Below are positions 20,410 to 30,176 of a stretch of DNA of 64,000 nt, one piece after another; within the stretch, counting starts at the first letter, position 1; every line of letters starts with the position of its first letter. This stretch comes from a virus. Its lineage: Duplodnaviria > Caudoviricetes. Position numbers and translations under genes: made by a program. The notes below the pieces were generated by a model that ran no database searches, was not told the origin of the DNA, and saw only the letters and a list, made by a program, of their open reading frames with translations. The stretch covers positions 64,001 to 128,000 of the IMG/VR virus record IMGVR_UViG_3300028603_000001. One strand, written 5' to 3'.

Positions 20410-21044
20410 TGAGTTTATTACCAGAACAAATTGAAAAAAACAAACAGTTATTTTTAGGATTGATTCGTCAGATTAAAATTGAGGGAGCTGATATTAACGG
20501 CTTGATCGAGTTCTTAACTAACAGTGATTTTTTCACAGCTCCTGCTTCTACAATCTATCATGGAAACTTCGAAGGAGGTCTTTGCTATCACAGTTTAAAC
20601 GTATTTGATGCTTTATTAGAGTTAGCAGAAAAATATACACCTGGAAGATACGACAGAAATAGTTTATTAGTTGTTGGCTTATTACATGATTTATCAAAAA
20701 CTAACTTCTATGAGAAATATATAATGAACAAAAAAGTATACCTACCATCAGGAACTAAGCAAGATAATCAAGGAAGATTTGACTGGTTTGCAGAAGAAGC
20801 ATATAAAGTTAAAGACGCTAAAGAGCGCTTTATTGGTGGTGACCATGCTACTAATAGTATGTTTTTAATTAGCAAATATATCCCTTTAACTTATGAAGAA
20901 AGCGTAGCAGTAATTAATCACCATTTTATAACAGAAACAAATGGGTTATTAAGAGATATTACTCCAATTTATAATACATACTCATTAGCTACGTTAATAC
21001 ATTTAGCTGACATGATTGCTGTGTATTTGATTGAAAATAAATAG
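20409..21044 (+). CDS. HD-domain phosphohydrolase
   Basis: APAS..YH...GGL..HSLNV, LLHDLSK, H, HH, HLAD. Confidence 0.85.
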   Translation: MSLLPEQIEKNKQLFLGLIRQIKIEGADINGLIEFLTNSDFFTAPASTIYHGNFEGGLCYHSLNVFDALLELAEKYTPGRYDRNSLLVVGLLHDLSKTNFYEKYIMNKKVYLPSGTKQDNQGRFDWFAEEAYKVKDAKERFIGGDHATNSMFLISKYIPLTYEESVAVINHHFITETNGLLRDITPIYNTYSLATLIHLADMIAVYLIENK

Positions 21045-21050
21045 GAAAAT

Positions 21051-21413
21051 ATGTTTGTAAGTAAAATAATTGAGCAGCAGTTAAAGAAAACACAGAATGT
21101 TGATATAAGCAATTATAACCCAGAAACAAATACTTACATCATTAAAAAACGAAATGATATTAAAATAGAAGAGAACTGTATGTATTTAATTAAATTAAAA
21201 GATTCAGCTTTTTCAAACACTGTAGTTATAAATAATTGGAATAATGGGTTTTTTACATCATCAAGATATTTGAAAATTGATGTGCATACAAAAATGACAA
21301 ATATGATAAAAGTGGTAGGTATTGGTTATGATATTGAAACGCAGCAAGATCTAATCGGTCGTTGGTCTGGTTGGTTATGCATTGATAATATAGAAGTTTT
21401 AGAAAAATTATAA
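21051..21413 (+). CDS. Hypothetical protein
   Basis: ORF in operon. Confidence 0.55.
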   Translation: MFVSKIIEQQLKKTQNVDISNYNPETNTYIIKKRNDIKIEENCMYLIKLKDSAFSNTVVINNWNNGFFTSSRYLKIDVHTKMTNMIKVVGIGYDIETQQDLIGRWSGWLCIDNIEVLEKL

Positions 21414-21478
21414 TATATGTATATATATCTTATTGTATATTAGAGTATACATACAGAAAGAAAAAGGTGGTTAACTAA

Positions 21479-22501
21479 ATGGCAGAATCATTAGCTGTAA
21501 AATATAGACCTAAAAATTTTGAAAGTATTTTAGGTCAGAAATCAATAATTAGAATATTGCAAAGACAAATTGAATCAAATAACATTGCAAACTGTTATCT
21601 ATTTTCTGGACCCTCTGGGACTGGGAAAACAACTATGTGCCGCGCTCTAGCTGATATGATAAATAACAACCAAGGTAATCCCATTGAGATAGATGCTGCG
21701 AGTAACAATGGGGTTGATGCTGTGAGGGACATTATAGAAGATGCCCGACAGCGAAGTATCGATTCAGATTACAAAATATTTATTGTAGATGAATGTCATG
21801 CAATTACTACACAAGGATGGCAAGCATTTCTTAAATGTATCGAAGAGCCTCCTAAGTACACAATTTTCATGTTTTGTACAACAAACCCAGAAAAAATTCC
21901 AGAGACAATTTTAAATAGAACTATGCGCTTTAATATCTCAAAAGTTGATACAAATCTTATCAGAGAGCGATTAATATATATTTGTGAGAAAGAAGGCTTT
22001 ACAAATTATTTAGAAGCTTGCGATTATCTATCAAAATTGGGTAATGGATCTGTAAGGCAAAGTATAGCTTATTTAGAAAAATGTGCTAATTATGACCTTG
22101 ATTTATCTATTGAAAATGTTTTAGAATGTTTAGGTAATTTTTCATATGATTCATTATTCGATCTAACAGGAGCTATTTTAAACTGTGATGAAGCGTTTAT
22201 TTTAGATCTTATTGATTCATACTATAATGCTGGAAATGATTTAAAATTATTTGTTGAGCAGTATTTAGAATTCGTTTTAGATTTAACAAAATACTGTCTA
22301 TTTAGAAATATGAGGACTTTAAAAATTCCAGTAAGTTTAGAGCCTAGATGTTTAGGATACTCAAATATTCCAAATATTTTAGACTTTTCAAATAAATTAG
22401 TAGAAAAAGTTTTAGAGATAAAAAACACAATCAAATATGATACAAATCCAAAAACAACGGTTGAAGCTATGCTGATTGTATTATGCAGAACGGAGCTATA
22501 A
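21479..22501 (+). CDS. dnaX: Clamp loader gamma-like subunit
   Basis: LAVKYRP, GPSGTGKTT, EIDAASNNGVD, IVDECH, LKCIEEPP. Confidence 0.92.
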   Translation: MAESLAVKYRPKNFESILGQKSIIRILQRQIESNNIANCYLFSGPSGTGKTTMCRALADMINNNQGNPIEIDAASNNGVDAVRDIIEDARQRSIDSDYKIFIVDECHAITTQGWQAFLKCIEEPPKYTIFMFCTTNPEKIPETILNRTMRFNISKVDTNLIRERLIYICEKEGFTNYLEACDYLSKLGNGSVRQSIAYLEKCANYDLDLSIENVLECLGNFSYDSLFDLTGAILNCDEAFILDLIDSYYNAGNDLKLFVEQYLEFVLDLTKYCLFRNMRTLKIPVSLEPRCLGYSNIPNILDFSNKLVEKVLEIKNTIKYDTNPKTTVEAMLIVLCRTEL

Positions 22502-22504
22502 AAA

Positions 22505-22912
22505 ATGATGCAGAAGAACATAAGAGAGTTAGAAACTAAAATAAAAGAAAATTATGAAAAGATAAAAGAATTTAAAGAAATATGCTTTAATTATTCACAC
22601 GCAGTTTATGAATTTTTAGGAGCAATGTCTGAAGAATCAATATCAAAACTTAATCCTTTTGAGCAGATAGCCTTAAATAAATTAAAAGAAGATATTGATA
22701 GACATATATCATCAGAAAATTATAAAGAGTTTCTGAAGAGAAAATATATTGATAAGAATGTTCCTTATAATTATGTAGTTGGTCTTGCTGATATTTTTAT
22801 TGAAAAATATGAAAAACGTTTTAATAAAGATATTTTAAAAGAAAACTTTCCAGAAGATGATACAGAAACTCTTAAGATAATTGAACATAAAGATATTAAG
22901 GAAGGACATTAA
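22505..22912 (+). CDS. Hypothetical protein
   Basis: ORF with SD GGAG. Confidence 0.55.
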   Translation: MMQKNIRELETKIKENYEKIKEFKEICFNYSHAVYEFLGAMSEESISKLNPFEQIALNKLKEDIDRHISSENYKEFLKRKYIDKNVPYNYVVGLADIFIEKYEKRFNKDILKENFPEDDTETLKIIEHKDIKEGH

Positions 22913-22921
22913 AAGATAAGT

Positions 22922-23389
22922 ATGGACACTGAAAAACAACCAAGCTATATAGTAGGTAGTAGCGACTTTATAGGAACTTATATTAAAAATATAGTGATAA
23001 TGGCACCTGGATTTAAACCTCGAAAATTGGATATAATAATTGATAAACTTAAGGCTTATTTTAGAGAAGAAACTAGACAATTTGCCCTTGATATGAATAA
23101 CAACCCATCACCTGATGGTAGCATTGGCGCTAATTATCCGCATATGACAGAAGATACTATTAGTGACCTTGTAAGAAATGCCCCTAAAAAAATTGAGGAG
23201 ATAGAAGAATTAAATCTTTCTAATTATGAATTTAATAAAGGAATAACTGTTGATGATCCTAATAGAAGTATGTTTGGATTTGTTGGTAGGGATTTTAGTC
23301 TTAAAGAAGAACATGATTTTATAGATCTAGATGCTTTAACTCAAAATGTATTTTGCGAACTGATAGACCAAGTTACTCGCAGCTATTAA
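22922..23389 (+). CDS. Hypothetical protein
   Basis: ORF in operon. Confidence 0.55.
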   Translation: MDTEKQPSYIVGSSDFIGTYIKNIVIMAPGFKPRKLDIIIDKLKAYFREETRQFALDMNNNPSPDGSIGANYPHMTEDTISDLVRNAPKKIEEIEELNLSNYEFNKGITVDDPNRSMFGFVGRDFSLKEEHDFIDLDALTQNVFCELIDQVTRSY

Positions 23390-23397
23390 TATCTCTT

Positions 23398-23580
23398 ATG
23401 AAATTACGAGTTACAGTTACAACTGGAGGAAAAGCAATCTCTGGAGAAAAAGAAATTCGAGCAAAAGATCATTTAACAGCTCAAATTAAATTCCCACATT
23501 TAATTCAAAGAAATAGAGCTAAATATACGAGAAAAATAAAGCATAAAAATAGAAAAGAAATGGAGAATGAAAATGGATAA
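23398..23580 (+). CDS. Small basic protein with ArfA-like motif
   Basis: F...RNRAKYTRKIKHK resembles the ArfA Y-x-R-K-x-K-H motif. Confidence 0.35.
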   Translation: MKLRVTVTTGGKAISGEKEIRAKDHLTAQIKFPHLIQRNRAKYTRKIKHKNRKEMENENG

Positions 23581-23917
23581 TTTATGTACAAAATGCGATT
23601 ACAAACATCTCTGTAAATTTAAAGAAGATTTTATAAAAATTGAATCTAAAATAGACTTTCATTTAAAAGACTTAATAGAAGCTAATAAGCAAATATTTTT
23701 TAATATAAAACTAGAATGTCAATTTTTTAAAGAAGAGTTTCCAACGTTGGCAACTAACAAACGCCCTTTGGATTATTCCACTACTGACAGATCTTATGAT
23801 CCATGTAGAGATTGCCTAAACAAACCAGATTTGACTAAAGGCCTAACTGTTGGGGATAGAGTATGTGATTGGTGTCAACATAACCCCTATAAACTTACCT
23901 GTCTTACAGCAAAATAA
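23567..23917 (+). CDS. Cys-rich putative metal-binding protein
   Basis: CTKC..C, CRDC, CDWC. Confidence 0.55.
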   Translation: MKMDNLCTKCDYKHLCKFKEDFIKIESKIDFHLKDLIEANKQIFFNIKLECQFFKEEFPTLATNKRPLDYSTTDRSYDPCRDCLNKPDLTKGLTVGDRVCDWCQHNPYKLTCLTAK

Positions 23918-23940
23918 TAACTATATAGAAAGGCAACAAT

Positions 23941-24738
23941 ATGATAGGACAAAAAAAATTATTAGATAATATTTCTAAACTTAATATTGATACTTTTCCT
24001 AGATCGACTTTATTAATTGCTGAGAAAGGTATGGGAAAACATACTCTTGTTAATTATATAAAAGATAATATTTTAAAACTGCCTTTATTAGACATAACAG
24101 AAAATCTATCAAGTGATTTTATAGATAAAATCTACAGGAATCCTAATCCATATATTTATGTTATTAATCTATCAGACATAACAGAAAAAAATCAAAACAT
24201 AATGTTGAAACTAATCGAAGAGCCGTTAAATAACTCTTTTATAATTTTATTAGCTGAAAATCAACATTTTGTTTTAGACACAATTATAAGCAGGTGTGTT
24301 CTATTTGAATTTGATAATTATTCAAAAGAAGAATTAAAAACATTTGTTACAGATGCTGATAATGTTGATTTAATTTTATCTATACTTGAATCGCCTGGTA
24401 AAATATTAGAAACTAATACTCAAAATATTAAAGATATAATAGATACATGTGAAAAAATTGTGGCAAAATTAGGTCAAGCACATTACGCTAACGCATTATC
24501 TATAGCAAATAAAATAAATTTTAAAGACTCATATGATAAGTTTGATTTTGAAGTTTTTATAAGCTCACTAACAACTCAGTTATTCTCTGCTTTTTTAAAA
24601 ACAAACAATCATAAAATATTAAAAATGTATGAAATATTGCGAGACCAGAAAAAATTGCTGATTGATAAGAGATTAAATAAAGAGATATTTTTTAATAACT
24701 TGATTACAAAGCTATGGAAAGCGGTGAGAGGTGTCTAA
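23941..24738 (+). CDS. holB: Clamp loader delta-prime-like subunit
   Basis: MIGQ, GMGK, QNIMLKLIEEP, DTIISRC (SRC motif). Confidence 0.8.
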   Translation: MIGQKKLLDNISKLNIDTFPRSTLLIAEKGMGKHTLVNYIKDNILKLPLLDITENLSSDFIDKIYRNPNPYIYVINLSDITEKNQNIMLKLIEEPLNNSFIILLAENQHFVLDTIISRCVLFEFDNYSKEELKTFVTDADNVDLILSILESPGKILETNTQNIKDIIDTCEKIVAKLGQAHYANALSIANKINFKDSYDKFDFEVFISSLTTQLFSAFLKTNNHKILKMYEILRDQKKLLIDKRLNKEIFFNNLITKLWKAVRGV

Positions 24739-24741
24739 ATA

Positions 24742-25626
24742 ATGACTAACAAAGAATTAAAAGAAAAGATAAAGCAAAACACTTTAGATGATTCTGCATT
24801 AATTTTAATCTATCCAGATATTCCATTCGTTTGTAATCAATACGTCAATCAGATTTGTAAAAATAGGGGTCTAGAAAAAATAAAAATAAGTAAGCTATCA
24901 GAGATACAAGCTGATGATGAATTATTCGATACGAAGCAATCTTTTTTATACATGTATGAAGTAGATAAGCTAGAAGAAAAACTACCTGAAGACATAAAAA
25001 ACATTATAGTGGTGTGTAAGCAGGCAATGAACAATGAAAATATAGAAACAGTTAAAATAAATAAATTAGAAAATTGGCAGATTGAAGATTATGTTAAAGT
25101 GCGAGTTCCTGGAATAACAGATGACCAAGCAAAATGGTTATGTTCTGTAGCTAAATACAACATATACAGACTAGAAAAAGAATGTGATAAATTAAGCATA
25201 TTTAACAAAGAAGTTCAGCAGTTAGTTTTTAACCAGTTAAATCAAGAAAACGCTTATTATGATCTAAACAGCTTAACTATATTTAATTTTATAACTGCTA
25301 TAGTTAATAAAGATTATCAAACAATGAATGAAGTTTTAGAAAATATCAGATGGATAGATATAGAACCCTCTGGTTGTATAACATTATTATTAAAGCAATT
25401 TAAAACATTAATTGATGTAGCATTTTCTAGTAGTTGGAATAAATCATTGTCATGTTCAGAAAAGCAATTTTATTATTTTAAACATAATATGATGGGATTA
25501 TACACACAAAAACAATTAGTAGATATATATGAATTTTTAACCAGTTTAGATTATAAACTAAAATCAGGGTTTGTTCCAAATAATAGCCTTATAGATTACA
25601 TTTTAGTAAACATTTTAACTCTCTAA
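24742..25626 (+). CDS. holA: Clamp loader delta-like subunit
   Basis: L-x-x-E-x-x-K-L, IFNFITAI, D-Y-K-L-K-S-G C-terminal motif; adjacent to holB-like gene. Confidence 0.7.
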   Translation: MTNKELKEKIKQNTLDDSALILIYPDIPFVCNQYVNQICKNRGLEKIKISKLSEIQADDELFDTKQSFLYMYEVDKLEEKLPEDIKNIIVVCKQAMNNENIETVKINKLENWQIEDYVKVRVPGITDDQAKWLCSVAKYNIYRLEKECDKLSIFNKEVQQLVFNQLNQENAYYDLNSLTIFNFITAIVNKDYQTMNEVLENIRWIDIEPSGCITLLLKQFKTLIDVAFSSSWNKSLSCSEKQFYYFKHNMMGLYTQKQLVDIYEFLTSLDYKLKSGFVPNNSLIDYILVNILTL

Positions 25627-25677
25627 GAACACATTAATTGATTTATTTGCTAAATTTATTGTACAATATGAAAAATA

Positions 25678-25744
25678 AAGATACCTACAGCAAAACAAAA
25701 ATCCTACAAATAGTTGTTGCTTCTCGGGAGAGAGCGGGTATCTT
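25678..25744 (+). ncRNA. Putative structured RNA upstream of tRNA
   Basis: AAGATACC/GGTATCTT terminal 8-bp helix enclosing TACAGCAA and a GCT(T)CTC-GGGA-GAGAGC hairpin. Confidence 0.3.
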
Positions 25745-25764
25745 GTTCTTATTTTAATTTATTC

Positions 25765-25839
25765 TGCAGAGTAGAGCAATGGTAGCTTACCGGGCTCATA
25801 ACCCGGCGGTTGAGGGTTCGAATCCCTCCTCTGCGACCA
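25765..25839 (+). tRNA. tRNA-Met(CAT), initiator type
   Basis: Cloverleaf with encoded CCA; weak U1-G72, A11-U24, anticodon stem CCGGG/CCCGG with three G-C pairs, GTTCGAAT T-loop. Confidence 0.92.
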
Positions 25840-25949
25840 TAACATAATATTATTGGTCACCTCAGCATTGGTATTATGTTTAAATATTTATATAGGTGAA
25901 GATAGGAATTCATCTATAAATGTCACAAAAAACTAAAAGGAGAGTTATT

Positions 25950-26429
25950 ATGGACAAATCTTTAAACAGAAAAGAAAAATCAAACACATCTTTCAGCTAT
26001 TATAGTAAAGTTTTACAAAAACCATTTGACACCATCGAGGAGTTAAAAGAAGCTGAAAAAGTTTACCACTCAGAGCAAGCTAAAAAAGAAGCTGCTGCTT
26101 TAGCTAAGAAAAAAGCCGCTTCAATCGTTAACAGCGCTATTGATGCTTATGAGGAAGGAAAAGTAAAATGCAATGAGGCTATTAAACAAGCTTATAATGA
26201 ATACAAAGCAAAAGTAGCTGAAACTGAAAAAGAATTAGCTGTTTTAGAAAAAGATGCTAATGAAAAACTAAACAAATGGTTGGAAGAACATCCAGGTCAA
26301 GGTTTCCATTATACTTACAAATCAGCAGATGGAAAAGTTACAAGACAATATAATTATTACAATAGAAGATATGATGTTTTTGAAGAGTTTGAAAAATTTA
26401 GCCGCCTTCTAAAGGATATTTGGTTCTAA
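25950..26429 (+). CDS. Coiled-coil hypothetical protein
   Basis: SD AAGGAG before ATG 25950; A/E/K-rich helix. Confidence 0.65.
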   Translation: MDKSLNRKEKSNTSFSYYSKVLQKPFDTIEELKEAEKVYHSEQAKKEAAALAKKKAASIVNSAIDAYEEGKVKCNEAIKQAYNEYKAKVAETEKELAVLEKDANEKLNKWLEEHPGQGFHYTYKSADGKVTRQYNYYNRRYDVFEEFEKFSRLLKDIWF

Positions 26430-26486
26430 ACAGTACAATAAAATAATTTAATAAGTGTATATTTAAAAATTCTGAGGTGAATGCTG

Positions 26487-26514
26487 TAGCTGCAATTGAT
26501 TGCAGCTATTTTTA
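26487..26514 (+). terminator. Intrinsic terminator
   Basis: TAGCTGCAAT-TG-ATTGCAGCTA then T run. Confidence 0.7.
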
Positions 26515-26638
26515 TTGTATATTACAGTCTAAATTAAATTAATATAAGAAAGGTACCTAGATATAAAATTAAAAATCACAAAGAAAACAAAAAAAAGATA
26601 TTAATAAAGATTAGATAATAGCTGCTAAATTATAATGA

Positions 26639-26691
26639 ATAACGTATCAGGTTAACTTATCCTTTCATAGCCTGATATGTTATTTTTTTTT
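26639..26691 (+). ncRNA. Putative hairpin sRNA with anti-SD loop
   Basis: GCTAAATTA at 26624-26632, 16-bp stem, loop ACTTATCCTTTCA, then T run. Confidence 0.4.
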
Positions 26692-26753
26692 ACTTTTTTA
26701 TTGTTACATTAATAAATTATTTCATTGTATATTATAATAAGGAGGATATTATT

Positions 26754-27221
26754 ATGTTATTTAAAGATAAATATTTCTTTTTAAGTACATTTCACCAAGC
26801 AACATTTTCAATGAATATTGATGGAAAAGAATGTAAATTCTCAAATGTTGAAGCAGCATATCAAGCACAGAAAAATCCAGAGATAGCAGATAAATTCTCA
26901 CAAGTAAAAGGACTAGAAGCGAAAAGGATGGATGACAAGTTAATAATAACTGTACCTAATTGGGAAAGATACAAATTATATGCGATGGCAAATGCTTTAC
27001 ATGCAAAATTCAGCAACAAGTTAATATTCTCACAGTTAAAAGCTATTAAAGAAGACATCATCAATGATAATTATTGGGGAGATACTTATTGGGGCGTTTA
27101 TAAAGGCCGAGGAAAAAATATCCTAGGAAAAATGCTGATGAATATTCGGGATAATAATAATGATAAAGATATATTGTATAGTTATATATCAAAAGAATTG
27201 ATAGGAGAAGATGATAAATGA
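26754..27221 (+). CDS. NADAR (YbiA-like) ADP-ribosylhydrolase
   Basis: FLS, VEAAYQAQK, AKF, WGDTYWG...GKNILGKMLM. Confidence 0.85.
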   Translation: MLFKDKYFFLSTFHQATFSMNIDGKECKFSNVEAAYQAQKNPEIADKFSQVKGLEAKRMDDKLIITVPNWERYKLYAMANALHAKFSNKLIFSQLKAIKEDIINDNYWGDTYWGVYKGRGKNILGKMLMNIRDNNNDKDILYSYISKELIGEDDK

Positions 27222-27913
27222 TAGATCCAAAAGACTGCTGGTTAAAAGATAATTGCAAACAGCTTCATTGTAATGATAAAAATGGGTGCTTAATCTTATA
27301 TAAATTAAATTATTTATATAATGAAGCTAATGTTCCTTTGAAATTACGTAAAAATATTCCTTTAAGAACAGATGCGGATGGAACAGATTTAGAAGAATTT
27401 AAATTACTGAAAAACATTCAAGATAATATATCAGAATTTGTTGCAGACGGGGGTCAATTATATATTCATTCAAGACAAGCAGGAAATGGGAAAAGTAGTT
27501 GGGCGCTAAGACTGTTGCAGACATATTTTAATAAGATATGGTTAAGAACTGATTTAAGATGTAGAGCTTTATTTATTAACGTCCCATTATTTCTAATAAA
27601 ATTAAAAGAAAATATTTCAAATAAATTAGAATATATAACACACATACAAAAAAACGTATATGATTGCGACTTAGTCATTTGGGACGATATTGGGACAAAA
27701 AGCTCCACAGTATATGAAGGTGAAAATCTATTAAGTATTATCGATTATAGGATCGGTAACGGAAAAGCTAATATTTTCACTTCAAACTTAAATGATAAGG
27801 AATTGCATGAAGCTTTAGGAGATAGATTAGCAAGTAGAATCTGTAATTCTGGGATAAATATAGAATTTCGCGGTGGCGACAAACGAGGATTAGATGTTGG
27901 AGGTGACAATTAA
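27218..27913 (+). CDS. DnaC/IstB-like helicase loader
   Basis: GNGKS Walker A, IWDDIG, IFTSNL, DRLASRI. Confidence 0.85.
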   Translation: MIDPKDCWLKDNCKQLHCNDKNGCLILYKLNYLYNEANVPLKLRKNIPLRTDADGTDLEEFKLLKNIQDNISEFVADGGQLYIHSRQAGNGKSSWALRLLQTYFNKIWLRTDLRCRALFINVPLFLIKLKENISNKLEYITHIQKNVYDCDLVIWDDIGTKSSTVYEGENLLSIIDYRIGNGKANIFTSNLNDKELHEALGDRLASRICNSGINIEFRGGDKRGLDVGGDN

Positions 27914-29196
27914 TGATTCAAGCACAAATACTTAATTATCTATTAAACTCTAAAGATTCTTCAATAATAACTTTAAATGGACTTACAACTGATTATTTTT
28001 CAGATTATATTAGTGAATATAATTTTATTAAATCACATTTAGATAAATATAACACTATCCCTGATCCTGAAACTTTTTTAAATGTGTTTCCAGATTTTCA
28101 AACGATGATTGTTAACGAACCAACTGATTACTTATTAACTGAATTAATGCGAGATAAGAACAGGAGATTCTTAGCGGCAAATTATAATAAAGCTAGACAG
28201 TTAATAATGGACGGGAAAGTAGAAGATGCTTTAGCTATATTGAAGCAAGCAGGAGAAGAATCTGTTGAATTTGTCAGCTTAAATGCTATTGATTTAATGC
28301 ATGATACTAGCAGATATGATACATATGTTGATAAAATGGCGAACTTTGATAGGTACTTCATAACAACAGGTTTCAAAGAATTAGACTCTATTATTGGTGG
28401 TTGGAATGTTAATGAAGATGTAGCAACTATTGTGGCAAGAAATGGAGTTGGAAAATCATGGATTCTATATCGATGTGCATCAGCAGCTGCTTTAGCAGGA
28501 AAAAGGGTTGGTCTATATTCAGGTGAAATGTCTGAAGATTCTGTTGGTTATAGAATTGATACCTTAATTGGACATATTAGCAATGGAGCATTAGTTCATG
28601 GTGGTGCGTCTGTTAAGAATGATTATAAGAAATTTTTAGATCGATTATCATCAGAATGCAAAGGAAATCTATTTGTTTTAACACCAAAACAAATAAAAGG
28701 AAGACCAACCGTTTCTTCGTTAAGAGCTTTTGTAGAAAAGTATAAGTTAGAAGTTTTGTTTGTCGATCAACACTCTTTATTAGATGATGAACGAGGTGGA
28801 AAAACCGATGTTGCTGTAGCGTCTAATATATCAACTGATCTTAAAATGTTACAATCAATAAAAAGAATACCTATTATATGTGTTTCTCAACAAAACAGGG
28901 ACAAAACAGAGACAGGTGAGTTTGATACTAGACAGATTGCTCGTTCAGATAAGATTGGTCAAGATAGTTCTATTATCATATTTTTAGAAAGAAAAGATGA
29001 TTTGATGCGACTCCATTTAGGAAAATCAAGGGAATCAGGTTCAGGGCAAGTTTTATCTTATAGAATTGATTTAAATCGAGGTATTTTTGATTATATTCCA
29101 GGTGAAAATGATGCTTTAGTAGAATCAACAGGTGAAGATATCCCAGATATGTATGATTCAGATAACTTGCAGTATACAGATGAGGATGTGTTTTAA
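27913..29196 (+). CDS. dnaB: Replicative DnaB-like helicase
   Basis: TGFKELD, ARNGVGKS, SGEM, FVDQ, SQQNR, SDKIGQDS. Confidence 0.92.
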   Translation: MIQAQILNYLLNSKDSSIITLNGLTTDYFSDYISEYNFIKSHLDKYNTIPDPETFLNVFPDFQTMIVNEPTDYLLTELMRDKNRRFLAANYNKARQLIMDGKVEDALAILKQAGEESVEFVSLNAIDLMHDTSRYDTYVDKMANFDRYFITTGFKELDSIIGGWNVNEDVATIVARNGVGKSWILYRCASAAALAGKRVGLYSGEMSEDSVGYRIDTLIGHISNGALVHGGASVKNDYKKFLDRLSSECKGNLFVLTPKQIKGRPTVSSLRAFVEKYKLEVLFVDQHSLLDDERGGKTDVAVASNISTDLKMLQSIKRIPIICVSQQNRDKTETGEFDTRQIARSDKIGQDSSIIIFLERKDDLMRLHLGKSRESGSGQVLSYRIDLNRGIFDYIPGENDALVESTGEDIPDMYDSDNLQYTDEDVF

Positions 29197-29201
29197 TAAT
29201 T

Positions 29202-30176
29202 ATGGAATACTTAAAAGTTCGAAACGCAAAAGTATCGACACCAATAATTAACATCATTAAAGATGTTAAGATTAATCTCACCAATGGAAAATTATCGACA
29301 ATAAAACCATCAGGTCGCAATATTCGCGTATCTTGTGTTAATCCAGAGCACAAAGGTGGACATGAATCAAGAGCTTCTGCTGACGTGTATATAGGAAACT
29401 CTACTGAGAGAGTTAAGTACGGAACATATTCATGTTTTACCTGCCAATTATCTTGCTCATTTGTTCATTTTGTTGCTATGTCTTTTGAGAAATCAGATGA
29501 ATGGGCAGAAAAATGGTTAATTGATAATTATTCTGATGGTATTATAGAAGAAGAACTTTTAAACTTACCTGAAATATCACTTAATAATAAAAATCAAAAA
29601 ATTTATCTTGATGAATCTATCTTGAATAATTTTGAAAGTTTTCACCCTTATATGATTAAGCGTAAATTATCTAAAAGAATTATTGAACTTTTTAAAATAA
29701 AATATGATCCAGATACAAAATGTTTAGTTTTCCCAGTATATGATGAAAATAATAATTTAGTTATGTTAACTCGAAGAGGAGTTGAAGGTAAATTATTCAT
29801 CATTGATAAAGAAAAAGAAAAACCATTGTACCTGTATAATTATATCAAAGAAAATAATTTTGATAGAGCGATTATAACTGAGGGTCAAATAGATGCTTTA
29901 ACCGCTTATGTTTACGGTTTCCCTGCTATTGCAACCATGGGTGCCTTATCTGAACATCAAATAGATATAATAAATAAATCTAATATTAGAGTATTATATT
30001 TATTTTTTGATAATGATTATTGGGGAAAGAGGTTTAAAGATAATTTAATAGCGAGAGTAAGGAAAGATATTTTATTAATTGATGTTGATATAAGTAAAAC
30101 AAATAAAAAAGATATAAATGAATTAAGCGAAAATGAGTTTTGGCAATGTATTCATGAAGCTGAGAATAGATTTTAA
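29202..30176 (+). CDS. DNA primase (zinc-binding + TOPRIM)
   Basis: C..H/CFTC, ITEGQIDAL, FDND..G, KDINE. Confidence 0.88.
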   Translation: MEYLKVRNAKVSTPIINIIKDVKINLTNGKLSTIKPSGRNIRVSCVNPEHKGGHESRASADVYIGNSTERVKYGTYSCFTCQLSCSFVHFVAMSFEKSDEWAEKWLIDNYSDGIIEEELLNLPEISLNNKNQKIYLDESILNNFESFHPYMIKRKLSKRIIELFKIKYDPDTKCLVFPVYDENNNLVMLTRRGVEGKLFIIDKEKEKPLYLYNYIKENNFDRAIITEGQIDALTAYVYGFPAIATMGALSEHQIDIINKSNIRVLYLFFDNDYWGKRFKDNLIARVRKDILLIDVDISKTNKKDINELSENEFWQCIHEAENRF

